Source: Cenarchaeum sp. (GTDB taxonomy: Archaea > Thermoproteota > Nitrososphaeria > Nitrososphaerales > Nitrosopumilaceae). Taken from it: a stretch of DNA of 64,000 bases. Position 1 is the stretch's first letter; each line of letters opens with the position of its first letter. Positions 51,844-62,600 of this stretch are shown in pieces. The stretch is taken from assembly GCA_965242695.1 (NCBI GenBank), contig CBDESU010000002.1:288001-352000 (forward strand), read 5' to 3'. The translations under genes were made by a program, and so were the position numbers. The notes beneath the pieces were generated by a model. That model had not been told where the DNA came from and did no database searches. It saw only the letters and a list, made by a program, of their open reading frames with translations.

Positions 51844-52278
51844 GCCCAACTCCCGTCCTGCCGCCCCCTGCGCGGCGATCCGAACGCGTACGATGCCCCG
51901 TGTGGCGCCATGTGGCCCGGCCGCCCTGCTCCTGCCGCGACGGGAACCGCCGCCGCCTCCTGTCCCTGGCGCGGCCCGCCCGCCCGCCCTGCCCACTCCT
52001 CCCCGCGCAGGGCGTCTGCCCTCCGGCACCAGGCCCGCCCTCCTGCGCAGGCAAGCCCCTGCCAAGCCGTGCGCCGCGCCACGGGCCGTGCGCCATATGT
52101 CCTGTTAAAATTTCTGCCGCCATGGGCCGTGCGCTACGGCGCCTGGGCGGCCCTGAGCCGCCATTGATGGGCATGTCTCGGATCATGCAGCGCACCTTGA
52201 TCGTTCCGGTGCTTTGTGTCGTGACCGGGCGGTTTGATGCGTAGCGGCCCGCAACGGCATCCCGCGCTTCCTGCCGCG

Positions 52279-53271
52279 CTAGCCGGACGAGGCGTCAAAC
52301 CCTGTCCCCCGCCGCGGCCAGTCCATCAGGTCGCGAACCTGCCGCGGCTCGTGGTACGTGCTCCACTCGGCGTACCCTAGCCCGCCGACGATCCGGACCT
52401 GCTCGGATTCGGGGTTGGCCCTCGCCCAGTTGTACCCCTTGAGGCTGTACGGGTGGGAGTTTAGCGCGGCGTGCTTTAGGATGCCCAGTGCGCCGGCGAG
52501 CCGCGAGAGCGGCCCGCCCGCGCGCCGGCGAGCGTACAGCCACAGGCCGTACCCGAACTGCCTCCGCTCCAGGTCGCCCGTCTCGCAGTCCATCGCCTCG
52601 ACCCCTACGGTCCTGACGGCGACGGCCGTCGTGCCGGGCCCCGCCGCAAGGCTCTCGAATATGTACGTGTCAAAGCCGTTGGCCACCCTTGCGTACCCGG
52701 CCGCATCGACGCGCGCATGGTAGTCGGGAAGGTGCAGCCAGAACATGCCAGAGTTTGACGCCCCCCGTACGAGCGCCCGCAGGCGGTACGTCAAGTACCG
52801 CAGGTGCGAGCCCGGCCCGTCCGTGTGCAGGCGCAGCGAGAATGAGACGAGCGAGACGCCTCCCGTTCCGACTATGCCAAGGCCCTTCAGGGCGTCCCTG
52901 CGCAGTATCGTGTCGATGTTGTACAGGAGGGCCGTGTCGGTGCGGCACTCTTCCAGGCACCTATGGACGACGCGGGCCGGGTGGAGCCTCCACTCTGGCG
53001 AGCGCTCCACCTCTATAGCGCGCAGGACGGGCGGCTTGATGCCTGGGGCCGATGCCGCAGCGGCCGCGCCGGCAAGAAAGCCTGCCAGGTCGGGCGCGGC
53101 AGGCGCGTCGACGCCGACTATGATCTCGTCGGGGCCGAGGGACGCGGCAGACGGCAGCGACCTTGCGGCAAAGGCGCGGCCCCGGGGGGTGTCAAGGAAG
53201 GGGACGACGATCGTAAAGGGCCTCTTCTTTCCGCCCTGCTCCCCACCGCCGTTCCCGTATTGTTTGCCCAT
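52279..53271 (-). CDS. GT-A-like protein, paralog of the C-terminal domain of 493-2295
   Basis: Long shared blocks: NSGMFWLHLPDY, ANGFDTYIFE, QFGYGLWLYARR, HPYSLKG. Confidence 0.85.
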   Translation of the reverse strand: MGKQYGNGGGEQGGKKRPFTIVVPFLDTPRGRAFAARSLPSAASLGPDEIIVGVDAPAAPDLAGFLAGAAAAASAPGIKPPVLRAIEVERSPEWRLHPARVVHRCLEECRTDTALLYNIDTILRRDALKGLGIVGTGGVSLVSFSLRLHTDGPGSHLRYLTYRLRALVRGASNSGMFWLHLPDYHARVDAAGYARVANGFDTYIFESLAAGPGTTAVAVRTVGVEAMDCETGDLERRQFGYGLWLYARRRAGGPLSRLAGALGILKHAALNSHPYSLKGYNWARANPESEQVRIVGGLGYAEWSTYHEPRQVRDLMDWPRRGTGFDASSG

Positions 53272-53412
53272 GCCCGGCCCGGCAAGCGGCGCGGTTTAAG
53301 GCCTTTGGCTCTCCGGCATGCGCGGCGTGCCGCCGGCGCGCCGCGGCCCCCCCCCCTCCCCACCACCTCGGCCCGAGTGCCGCATCCGGCGGCGGAGGCC
53401 CCCGCCGCCCCC

Positions 53413-54183
53413 TCAGCCGCCAGTGAAGGCCCGCACGGCGCTCTGCGTCGAGGGATCGCCGCGCACCCCGACGCGTATCTCGTACTCCGAGTAGGGATCG
53501 AGGCCGTCGATCCTGTGGCTTGTGCCGCCTACGGTTTGCACCGCCCAGTCGGCCCCGACCCCAGGGGATCCCGCGGCCGGCACGACGGCGACCGCCACGT
53601 CGTACGCGCGGGCGCCGCCGTGCCCGTCCCACCCCAGCGAGACCGACGTGCCGTCTATGATCTTTTCTGTGATCACCACCCTCGTGCCGTTCGAGAACGC
53701 CATCGCGAACATCTCGCCTGCCGACAGCGAGCTGCGCGGCGGCTCGGTGCCGTGGCCGCCCATGCCCGAGGCCGCCCCCAAGGGCGGCGGTGTGGGCGCA
53801 GAGGGAGGGTTGGTGAAGCGCGCGATTGCGGGACACCAGCGCAGCCCGCTGTGCCGGCGAGGGCCTTGCGGGTCGTCGTGCCGCCCCCCCCCCCTCCCAA
53901 CGCCGCCCTCGCCGGGCGGTGCGCCCCTCATGGCCCACCCGAGTGCCCCGGTGCCGCCTCTGACACAAGCGATCAGGCGAACTGCCGTAGGCGTGCTTTG
54001 CTTGCCCCTCCCTGTAGCACAGCCCGGCGACGTGCATGTCGTACGCAGGCGGACAGGCCCCCATCCTGTCCATCGTCTCGGCTGCCCGACGGCCCCAGCA
54101 TCCTCCTGTGCACGACGATCTCGCACAGCCCGCGCTCGGCGGTGTTGTTCGTCGTAAGGGGACGGCGGGGAAGGCGTCAGCAA
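53413..54183 (-). CDS. FN3 domain protein (start uncertain)
   Basis: NGTRVVITEKIIDGTSVSLGWD...IDGLDPYSEYEIRVGVRGDP. Confidence 0.6.
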   Translation of the reverse strand: MLTPSPPSPYDEQHRRARAVRDRRAQEDAGAVGQPRRWTGWGPVRLRTTCTSPGCATGRGKQSTPTAVRLIACVRGGTGALGWAMRGAPPGEGGVGRGGGRHDDPQGPRRHSGLRWCPAIARFTNPPSAPTPPPLGAASGMGGHGTEPPRSSLSAGEMFAMAFSNGTRVVITEKIIDGTSVSLGWDGHGGARAYDVAVAVVPAAGSPGVGADWAVQTVGGTSHRIDGLDPYSEYEIRVGVRGDPSTQSAVRAFTGG

Positions 54184-54299
54184 GTCGGAGGGCGGCGGGC
54201 GGCAAGGCGGCTCCCGGGCACGCGCGCCCCGCGCTCGGCGGCGGGGCGCGCAGATTCGCCTAGCGAAGCCTTTTCATAACCCCCAGCGGGGGCGCGGCC

Positions 54300-54764
54300 G
54301 TGAAAAAGACGGATCTGCTCCTCCTGCTCCTGTACGTCCACGACCGCCGCCCCGTCGTCGGGCTGACGCGGCTCGTCAAGCTCCTGTTTCTGGCGCAGAT
54401 GGAGGCGCTGCCCGACGATCCGCTGCGCGCCCACGGGTGCGCCCCGTTTGACTTTGTGGCACACCGCTTCGGCCCGTTCACCTTCGACATATACGACGAA
54501 ATCGAGTTCCTAAAGTCCGTGGAGATGATGACGGATGACGACGGCGATGATGACGGGCAGTTTTGCATCACGGACAAGGGATGCAGGTTCGCCGAGCAGC
54601 GCCTGCTGCAGAGGATTCCCGCCGACCAGATCGAGGGCGTCGAGAAGGTCAAGAAAAGGCACTGCGAGGAAGAGCTCGACGATCTCCTCTACTACGTCTA
54701 TACCAAGTATCCCGCGTACACCGTCAGGTCCGAGATACTCGACAGGGTGCTGAGGCGCAAGTGA
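54300..54764 (+). CDS. SocA/DUF4065-like winged-helix protein
   Basis: GLTRLVKLLFL...FVAHRFGPF...YVYTKYP. Confidence 0.75.
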   Translation: MKKTDLLLLLLYVHDRRPVVGLTRLVKLLFLAQMEALPDDPLRAHGCAPFDFVAHRFGPFTFDIYDEIEFLKSVEMMTDDDGDDDGQFCITDKGCRFAEQRLLQRIPADQIEGVEKVKKRHCEEELDDLLYYVYTKYPAYTVRSEILDRVLRRK

Positions 54765-55309
54765 TCCCGGTCGACATAGCGCTGCTTGTGGGGCTGGCAA
54801 GCGCGATGATGGTGCTTGGTGCCACGCTGTTCAGACTGTCGGACGACAGGAAAAGGGCCACGGACGACGACGTCGATTCGACATACGGAATTATTCAAAA
54901 AAAGGTGCTGGAGCCGGCACTCCTGTCCATAATCGAGAGCAAGAAGGGGAGGTCCAAGATCAAGGACATCGTCAGGGATCCCGATGTGTTCACGAAGCTA
55001 GATGCGTACAAAAGGACACTGTTTGACTACAATGAGTCGAGCGGCAAGCGCGGCGCCGCTTCGGCGCATATCGAGCATGCGTACATGGCATCCTTCATCA
55101 CTGCCGGCATCGTCTATCTTGCACTGGCCCTAGACGCGCTGGCCGCATCTTTGGCCCTGTTCGATGACCTGACCCCAGTCGCCCCGGCGGTTGGCGGGTC
55201 GGCCGCAGTGCTCGGCGCAATTGCAGTCGGCTACGCACTGGCCAAGTACCGCGCTGAGGACGGGGCGTTCCGGCTCGAAATGAGAAAGATCAGGAGCAGG
55301 CTGTCATGA
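54761..55309 (+). CDS. Three-TM membrane protein
   Basis: GTGA overlap; N-terminal TM helix plus a C-terminal TM hairpin. Confidence 0.7.
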   Translation: MIPVDIALLVGLASAMMVLGATLFRLSDDRKRATDDDVDSTYGIIQKKVLEPALLSIIESKKGRSKIKDIVRDPDVFTKLDAYKRTLFDYNESSGKRGAASAHIEHAYMASFITAGIVYLALALDALAASLALFDDLTPVAPAVGGSAAVLGAIAVGYALAKYRAEDGAFRLEMRKIRSRLS

Positions 55310-55707
55310 CCGTTCTTGAAAGATCGCTGTACGGCCCGGTCACGACCACCGGCCCGTTTGCCGGCCAGCCCTTTGCATACGAAGCGCGCATTGCAGACTG
55401 GGCGCTCTCCACCAAGAGAATAGATCTGGTGTGCATCAAGAACCGGAGAATGCATGCGATAGAACTCAAGGTCTACGACTGGAAAGGGGCCGTGAGGCAG
55501 GCGTACGCGAACCTCTACGTTGCCGACTATTCGTACGTGGGCCTGTGGCACGAGACCGCCGCCCGGGTGGATCGGGAGGCGTTTAAAAGGTCGGGCATCG
55601 GGCTGCTCGAGGTGAACAAGACGGAGTGCAGGCTGGCGGTCAGGCCAAAGAGGTCGACGCGGGTGATCCCCGAGCGCCATGCCTACGTGAGGCAGCACTG
55701 CAGGTGA
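55306..55707 (+). CDS. Small PD-(D/E)XK nuclease-fold protein
   Basis: YE...RIDLV...AIELKVYDWKGAVRQA...ADYSYV; ATGA overlap. Confidence 0.75.
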   Translation: MTVLERSLYGPVTTTGPFAGQPFAYEARIADWALSTKRIDLVCIKNRRMHAIELKVYDWKGAVRQAYANLYVADYSYVGLWHETAARVDREAFKRSGIGLLEVNKTECRLAVRPKRSTRVIPERHAYVRQHCR

Positions 55708-55713
55708 CATGAG

Positions 55714-56931
55714 ATGACCGAGCTTGCCATACGCGTCAACATGCCACGGGAAATGGGGTGGCTTGAAAGGTTCGGGTGGGACGGGACGGTCATCCTGCCC
55801 GCGCACGTCCTAGAGGGGGTCAAGAAGCGCGCCGCGTCGATGGTGAAGAGGCTTGGCTGCCCGTACGTGATCGATCCGCACACATACGTCTTCGGGGGCG
55901 ATGCGGACGAGGTTGCCGGCAAGCGATGGTTCGACAGGCTGGTGGCCGAGTACGGAATAGGTGCGACGACAGCACCCCGCCAACCACGCCTTTCCCCCAA
56001 CATGCTGGTGAAAGACGACGAGGCGACGGACGCCCTGCGCGATTTTGTGCAAAACGTGACAAGGTACCAGAACAGCGCGGTCGTGGACGCGAGCGGCGAG
56101 GCAAACGAGTACGAGGAGTTTGAATCCGACCACAAGGTCAGGGCCGCCTCGCCCAGGTGGGTCGTGCCGCCCTACTTTTACATGGAGGGCGGCGGATCGG
56201 AGTGGCTTGCCGTCAACGTCAGGTCGATCGAGCTGGCGGCCAGGCTCGCGCCCGGCAAAAACAACCTGCTCTCCATGATAATGGTTGATCAGGAGGCATT
56301 GTCCGACATCGATGCAGTCGACGAGATAGTGTCGGCCTACCGCGAACTTCCGGTTGCGGGGCACATGGTATGGGTGGCGCGCATGGACGAGGCCAGGGCC
56401 AGGGAGTCCGAGCTGATGGACTTTCAGGAGTTCACAGGCAAGCTTTCCCAGGACGGCAAGCCTGTGTACAACGCGTACGGGGGACTTTTTTCCCTTGCCG
56501 ACGACAAGATCAGCGGCGCGTCCCACGCAATATGCTACGGCGAGCATCGGAACCCGTTCGAGACAGGGGGCGCCGTGCGTTCGGCGCGCCTCTACCTGCC
56601 CGCGCTCCACTCGAAGGTGCCCTACGCCCGCCATCCCGAGGTGACACAGGCCCTTGGGCTCGAGGAATGCCGGTGCAGATGGTGCAAGGTACCGGGAGAG
56701 GGCAAGGGCATGGGGGAGCTGGAGCATGCCGCCCTCCACTTTCTGGAGCACCGCGTCAAAGAACTGGAGCAGGTTGAAAAAGAGGGCGGGGCCGCCTTTC
56801 TTGACAGGCTAAAGTCCGCCCGCGAGCGCGCCCGAGGCAACGATGCGGAGAAGGCATATACGGCATACTATGACCACTTTGAGACATGGCACCGGGCCGC
56901 CGCATCGTACAACAAGCGGGCGAAGGGGTGA
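55714..56931 (+). CDS. Putative TIM-barrel protein with TGT-like Zn site
   Basis: YVIDPHTY, VVPPYFY, C-terminal CRCRWC...H pattern. Confidence 0.6.
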   Translation: MTELAIRVNMPREMGWLERFGWDGTVILPAHVLEGVKKRAASMVKRLGCPYVIDPHTYVFGGDADEVAGKRWFDRLVAEYGIGATTAPRQPRLSPNMLVKDDEATDALRDFVQNVTRYQNSAVVDASGEANEYEEFESDHKVRAASPRWVVPPYFYMEGGGSEWLAVNVRSIELAARLAPGKNNLLSMIMVDQEALSDIDAVDEIVSAYRELPVAGHMVWVARMDEARARESELMDFQEFTGKLSQDGKPVYNAYGGLFSLADDKISGASHAICYGEHRNPFETGGAVRSARLYLPALHSKVPYARHPEVTQALGLEECRCRWCKVPGEGKGMGELEHAALHFLEHRVKELEQVEKEGGAAFLDRLKSARERARGNDAEKAYTAYYDHFETWHRAAASYNKRAKG

Positions 56932-57127
56932 GACCGGCGGCGGCCGCGCGCACGCTCGAGTGGGCGCGCCTTGAAGGCGATTCCCAGGCCGCCGGCATGT
57001 TTTGGCACGGCCTCTTCGACACGCCCGGCCAGGTATTGCTCCAGAGATCCCTCCCGCTGCTATCAATGGCCATCATGGGATCCCTGCCAGATTGCGGCGC
57101 GTTCGGCACCCTGAATGTCACAGTGGG

Positions 57128-58783
57128 TCAATTCTGTGATCCCCTCGTCCTTGCACCCGCAATCCATTTACCCACGTCGTCTAGGAACTCTTTGACTCCG
57201 TCCGATTTTTCGCCCTGCGGGTTTTCGGCTAGGAATTCAAGGGATCTCTCGAACCAGTCGTTACTAGGGATGTCTGGGAGCCATGTTTCAAGCGTGCCAC
57301 CCTTTACCATGAAGAGGCCGTGCATTTTAAGCTTTTCAATCAAGTCCAACGCTTGATCCTTATTTTCGACAAGCGCATGTAGGCCTTTTGTGTGGATAAG
57401 CTTCTTTCCGTTGGCGTCCTTACGGTCACCGAGTTCGGATGTAATGGCGGGGCAGTTGGAATGCAAGGGGGGATCGAGAGGGGCACCGACCGCGCTCAAC
57501 AGCAAGTTCCATTCGTTCTCGCGAAGGTTGACTATGTCAAAATCGGCCACTACCGCTGTAGGCATGCCTATCTTGCGCAGTGGCTCGGCAATTTTATATA
57601 GCGACTGCTTGTTTTGTGCATTGATAAAAAGGCATTGGTCGATCCCCCGGTCGTTATCGTTAAGCTGTGCGTTGACTGTCTCGTAGAACATTCTGTCCGT
57701 GTCACCCTCCACTACTACGGCCGCACTGAAAAAGAGCGCGTCAAGCACCCTTGTCGCCATAAGCAGGGGAGATTTAGTCACTTGCGAGAGTTGGTTCGGC
57801 TCCAGCACCTTTGTTGTCGCGTTTTTTCCGTCGTATGTAAGTCGGATTATCGTCACGTCTGTCGACGAGTCTATGGCGCCCAGCAGGAAGGAGGAGCTGT
57901 GCGTGGAAACCAGCAGGGTCGCGCCCCGGTCCTTGGCTATTCTGGTCAAGTTTCTGGCCAGGAGCCGAGCCAAGCCGGGGTGCAGGAACGCCTCGGGCTC
58001 GTCAATCAGCATGATGCGGTGATCTAGGCTCATGACGGATGCGAGCAGCCCCACAAAGGCGTTGACGCCGTCGCTAAAGTCGGAAATGGGCCGCGCGTTG
58101 GAGTGAAACCTCCTTGAGGTCGTGTCAAGGCTCTGCTCTTCCCTGCTGTCGCTGGGTGGGCGCTCGCTTAGCCGTATAACGAATTCGCGCATGTTGGTAG
58201 GGTCGATCGTGAAATAGAGGTCAAACGCTTCTTTTGTAAGACTTCTCACGCGTTCGCGTTCGGATTCGTTCTGAAAGAGGGACATGAGGTGGTTCGTGGG
58301 CGCAACCTGCAGGTCGCCGGTGGGCTGGTTACTAGCCAAAGCCAGACGAGTCTTTCCGTCTAGGCGGATTGTGTAGTGGCGCACTATGTTCGGTATTAGA
58401 TAGCTTTTGTCGTTATGCTTAATGCCATTTTTAATGGATGTAATGTGTAGTAGTGACTGCTGTGGCTCGGACACCCCTGGTGTGTAGTAGTTTGCATAGA
58501 TTTGGTCATTCTGTAATATCGTTCCCTCGGGAGGCTTCGTCTTGAACTTGTTGATTAGCTCCAACGCCTCATTGAAATTTTTTGGGTAGACAAGCGTTAC
58601 GTCAGATATCACAAGTGCTTTCGGGTCGGGTACGGAGCAAAATGCCTCTACCTCGCGCAGAGCCAAGCTCTTCCCTGAGTTGTTGGGACCCACCAGAATC
58701 ACAACGGAGGCAGGCGTGACGGACAGGGGCGTCTTGCCGTCGGGCCCACTTGCAAACGTAAGCTCTTTTATCCCTATTGGCAC
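57128..58783 (-). CDS. Second OLD-family ATP-dependent nuclease
   Basis: VGPNNSGKS, SDG, LIDEPEAFLHP, STHS, VVEGDTD, VADFD; lower GC. Confidence 0.88.
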   Translation of the reverse strand: MPIGIKELTFASGPDGKTPLSVTPASVVILVGPNNSGKSLALREVEAFCSVPDPKALVISDVTLVYPKNFNEALELINKFKTKPPEGTILQNDQIYANYYTPGVSEPQQSLLHITSIKNGIKHNDKSYLIPNIVRHYTIRLDGKTRLALASNQPTGDLQVAPTNHLMSLFQNESERERVRSLTKEAFDLYFTIDPTNMREFVIRLSERPPSDSREEQSLDTTSRRFHSNARPISDFSDGVNAFVGLLASVMSLDHRIMLIDEPEAFLHPGLARLLARNLTRIAKDRGATLLVSTHSSSFLLGAIDSSTDVTIIRLTYDGKNATTKVLEPNQLSQVTKSPLLMATRVLDALFFSAAVVVEGDTDRMFYETVNAQLNDNDRGIDQCLFINAQNKQSLYKIAEPLRKIGMPTAVVADFDIVNLRENEWNLLLSAVGAPLDPPLHSNCPAITSELGDRKDANGKKLIHTKGLHALVENKDQALDLIEKLKMHGLFMVKGGTLETWLPDIPSNDWFERSLEFLAENPQGEKSDGVKEFLDDVGKWIAGARTRGSQN

Positions 58784-59119
58784 GGGCGCCAAGACCCATC
58801 GGTGGAATAATAGTGTGGTGTGCCGCGCTGCGGCTTTGCAACAAGCACTAAGCCGTCTTGGTGGCTGAGGGCGGTCCATGAAGCCAAGCCGTCGTCGATC
58901 CGCACAAGGAACATCCGCGACCCTACGGAAGCAGGGCGATCGGACGCGGCTGTTGAGCCTTGCCATGGCCTCGGCCAGGACGGGATCGTTGCGACACGCA
59001 TCGGCGATCGCCCTGGTGCCCCTACCAAACCCGCAACGCCTGTCAATGCGGTTGGCATGCCCCCTGTACGCCTTACGTTGTGGAGCATCCTACGATCAAC
59101 CCAACTCTGGCCTTACGGG

Positions 59120-59660
59120 GTGGATTAGACTCGCGAATTTCCAGCATTCGGACGCTCATGGTGAACACGGTTGCTAGCGGTATTCGTGGAATAGTCCGAC
59201 AGGTGCACTGCCAGAATATGGAACTGATCGCTGTTCATACGTTGCTGGCGGGTAGGGAGTAGTTAAAGCAAAGAAGGCTGGCGTTCGGCAGGGTAGCCGG
59301 TGTCTTGTTCTATCTGTTCAATATCATTTTGAACCGTGTCTCGATCTCCCCCTCCCCCCCGCGCGCTTCTTTTTGTAGTGGCGAGGTTTTGCCGATCGAT
59401 GGCGGACCGCGAACCGGATGATTTTCTCGTCTGGCTTGAGGTTACCCTTCCTCGAGCCGGCACCTCCGTTCTCCGCGTTCTCCCCGCCCTTTTTGCACGA
59501 CTCGATGCGCATCCGGTACCGGGTCTGCTTGCCGTCCTTACCCGTGATGGTCATGGCACGGCGCTTGTCTTCTTTACGGTCTCGGCAAACTTGGCAGGTG
59601 GCTTCTTGACTGCCTCGGTGTTGCAGCACAAGGCCATCAGCTGGCCTCCACCCCACACAA
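59120..59660 (-). pseudogene. ISH3-like transposase remnant
   Basis: Broken frames reading ...YKKKR...EIETRFKMI...LLCFNYSL, resembling the ISH3 Y-x2-R-W-x-IE C-terminal motif; boundaries approximate. Confidence 0.5.
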
Positions 59661-59685
59661 CCGCAACCACGTCCCCTCAGTGACC

Positions 59686-62600
59686 TCACTCCGCTACGCC
59701 GCCGGTCGCATTCAACCAGAACCTGGCCCAGGCGATGTTGCCGGGCGAGTCTAGCGCGACACAGACGACCTGCGTCAGCCCCCACTGCACGGGCGATCCC
59801 GGCGGCGGCTGGCAGCTTACGCGCACGTCCGCTCCATCGACCGCATCGAGCGCGGCCGGGACGGTGTAGTTTGCCCACGGCTGGGACACCCCCGAAAATG
59901 CCAGCGTAAGATTGGCCACGCCTGCGAACACGGGCGGCGTCGTGTCGCGCACGGTCAGCCGCATCCAGGCCGATACCGTATTGTTCGACGCGTCCGTCGC
60001 GGTCCACAGCACGTCGTGGCCGCCTACGGGGAGGGGGCCGGGCGGGCTGCGCGACAGCACGGGCGACGGGTCGGCCTCGTCGGCGGCCCACACGCCGACC
60101 GTGCTTGCGTTTATTCCCGTGAGATTGCCGGCCGCCTCCAGCACCGCACGGGACGGCACATGCAGGAGCGGCGGCACCCCGTCGGTGATGTTGACCAGCA
60201 GCACCTCATGGGCGGGGGGAGCGCCGCCGGCCCAGCGCGCGGTCACGTTTATCGCGTACGAGCCGACGTCGGTGGCGTTCGGCGAGAGTGCGATCAGGGC
60301 CTCCGTGGCGTTGCCGTCCGGGCGCACGTACTCTACCCTGGCGAACGCCGGGGCCGGCGCTGCTCCCCCGCCAAATGGATCGACAAGGGACAGCTCGATT
60401 GTAGGCTGCCCCTCCGCGCTCGCCCGCACCTCCGCCGTGCCGTTGTACGGCAGTGCGACGCTAGAGTTCGAGAGGGCCAGGCGCGGCGGCATATCGCCGA
60501 CGCCGCCAGGGGAGCCGCCCTCCTCGCGCGTCGCATTGACCCAGAACCACACGCGGGCCGAGTTACCCGACCGGTCGGACGCGTCGCACTCGACCAGGAT
60601 CAGGCCGTCGTACGCGGGCGGGCTGTGCGAAGGCGGCGGCGAGCAGCCTACGGGCACCGCGCCGTCGACAAGATCGGTCGCGTTCGGGAGCGCGTACAGC
60701 CCCGCAGAACCGCCGCCGTAGGGGGGCAGCGTGGCGTTGACGGCCACTCCCAAGAACGACGGCGGCGTCGTGTCCACTACGAACAGGCGCATTGTAGCCG
60801 AGGCAGAGTTGTTTGACGCATCCGTCGCGGTCCACCGTACGCGGTGGTCGCCGAGCGGGAGCGGCCCAGAGGGGCTGCTCGAGAGGACGGGCGACGGGTC
60901 GGCCTCGTCGTATGCGGCCACGCCGAGCGCCGTCGCGTTGAGCGCCGTCAGGTTGCCGGTGGCCTCTATCGCAACGTCCCACGGGACGGACGCAAAGTAC
61001 GGCGGGACCATATCGGTGACGTTGACCGTGATTGTCGCATGGCTGGACAGCCCGTATGGCGTGCGCGCCGTCACGTTGAGCGCGTGCGAGCCGATGTCCG
61101 AGGCGTTCGGGGCGAGCGTGATCATGGCGGTCGTGGTGCCGTTTCCGTCGTACCGGTACGTCATGTTGGCAAAGGCGGGAGGCGGGGCCATAGAGTTTCC
61201 GAGCCCGTTGCGCGCTGCTGCAAGCGACATGTTGACGGGGCCCGCCCCCGTCGCGTCGACCTCGATGCGGGCCGTACGGTTGTATTCTACGGCGACGCTC
61301 GAATTCGGGACGGCCAGCGCGGGCGGGGCAAGTGTGCCGTTGCCGGTCGCCGTAATGTTGAACCGCACCCACGCGTAGTTTCCCGACCGGTCTATGGCAT
61401 CGCATGCGACCGTCGTCGTCCCCCACGGTACGGGCGATCCCTGGCGGGGCCAGCACGACGCCTGCACGGGGCCGTCGACCAGGTCGGTCGCGTTCGGGAC
61501 GGGGTATGCGGCGACGGGCTGGACGCCCGGCGCGAACGCTAGCGTGAGGTTTTCCGTTGCCGCGAACTTGGGAGGAGTCGTGTCCCTGACGAACAGGTAC
61601 ATCGTGGCAGAGGCAGTGTTGCCCGACGCGTCCGTCGCGGTCCACCGCACATGGTGGCCGCCCAGGGTCAGGGGGCCGGCCGGGCGGTGCGAGAGGACGG
61701 GACGGGGATCGGCCTCGTCGTATGCGACCACGCCGAGCCGCGTGGCGTTGACGGCCGTGAGCCTGCCGGTCGCCTCTACTGCGATGTCCCACGGCACGGA
61801 CGCAAAGTACGGCGGTACAGTGTCGGTGACGTTGACCCTGATGACGGTGTGGTTGGACAGCCCGTATGGCGTGCGCGCCGTCACGTTGAGCAGGTGCAGC
61901 CCGACGTCCGTGGCGTTCGGGGCGAGCACGATCAAGGCCGTCGTGGTGCCGTTTCCGTCGTACCGGTACGTGAGGTTTGCAAAGGCCGGAACGGGATAGG
62001 TGCGGTTGCCGCTCCCGCCGTCCACAATGGCGGCGGCAAGCTCGACAGAGACGGGCCCCTCTCCCGCCGCGTCGACCTCGATGCGGGCCGTACGGCTGTA
62101 CTCGACGGCGACGCTAGAGTTGGAGGTTTCCAGTGCGGGGGGAGGGGCAAGCGTGCCGTTGCGGGTGGCGTTGATCCCGAACTGCGCCCATGCGTAGTTT
62201 CCAGACCTGTCGGCGGCATCGCATACGACCGTCGTCAGGCCGTACGGGATGTGCGCGTAGGGGGCCGGCCGGCAGGTTGCGTCCACGGGGCCGTCGACCA
62301 GGTCGGTCGCGTTCGGGACGTCGTAAAAGGCGACCGGCTGCGCGCCCGGCGCGAACGCGAGCGTGAGGTTCTCGGTTCTTTCGAGCCGGGGCGGCGTCGT
62401 GTCCCGGACGATCAGGTACATCGTGGCAGAGGCAGAGTTGTTTGACGCGTCCGTTGCGGTCCACCGCACGTAGTGATCTCCGAGGGGGAGCGGGCCCGCC
62501 GGACGGTGCGAGAGGGACGGGTACGGGTCGATCTCGTCGTATGCTACTACGCCGAGCGCGGTCGCGTTGATCGCCGTGAGGCTGCCGGTGGCCTCTACGT

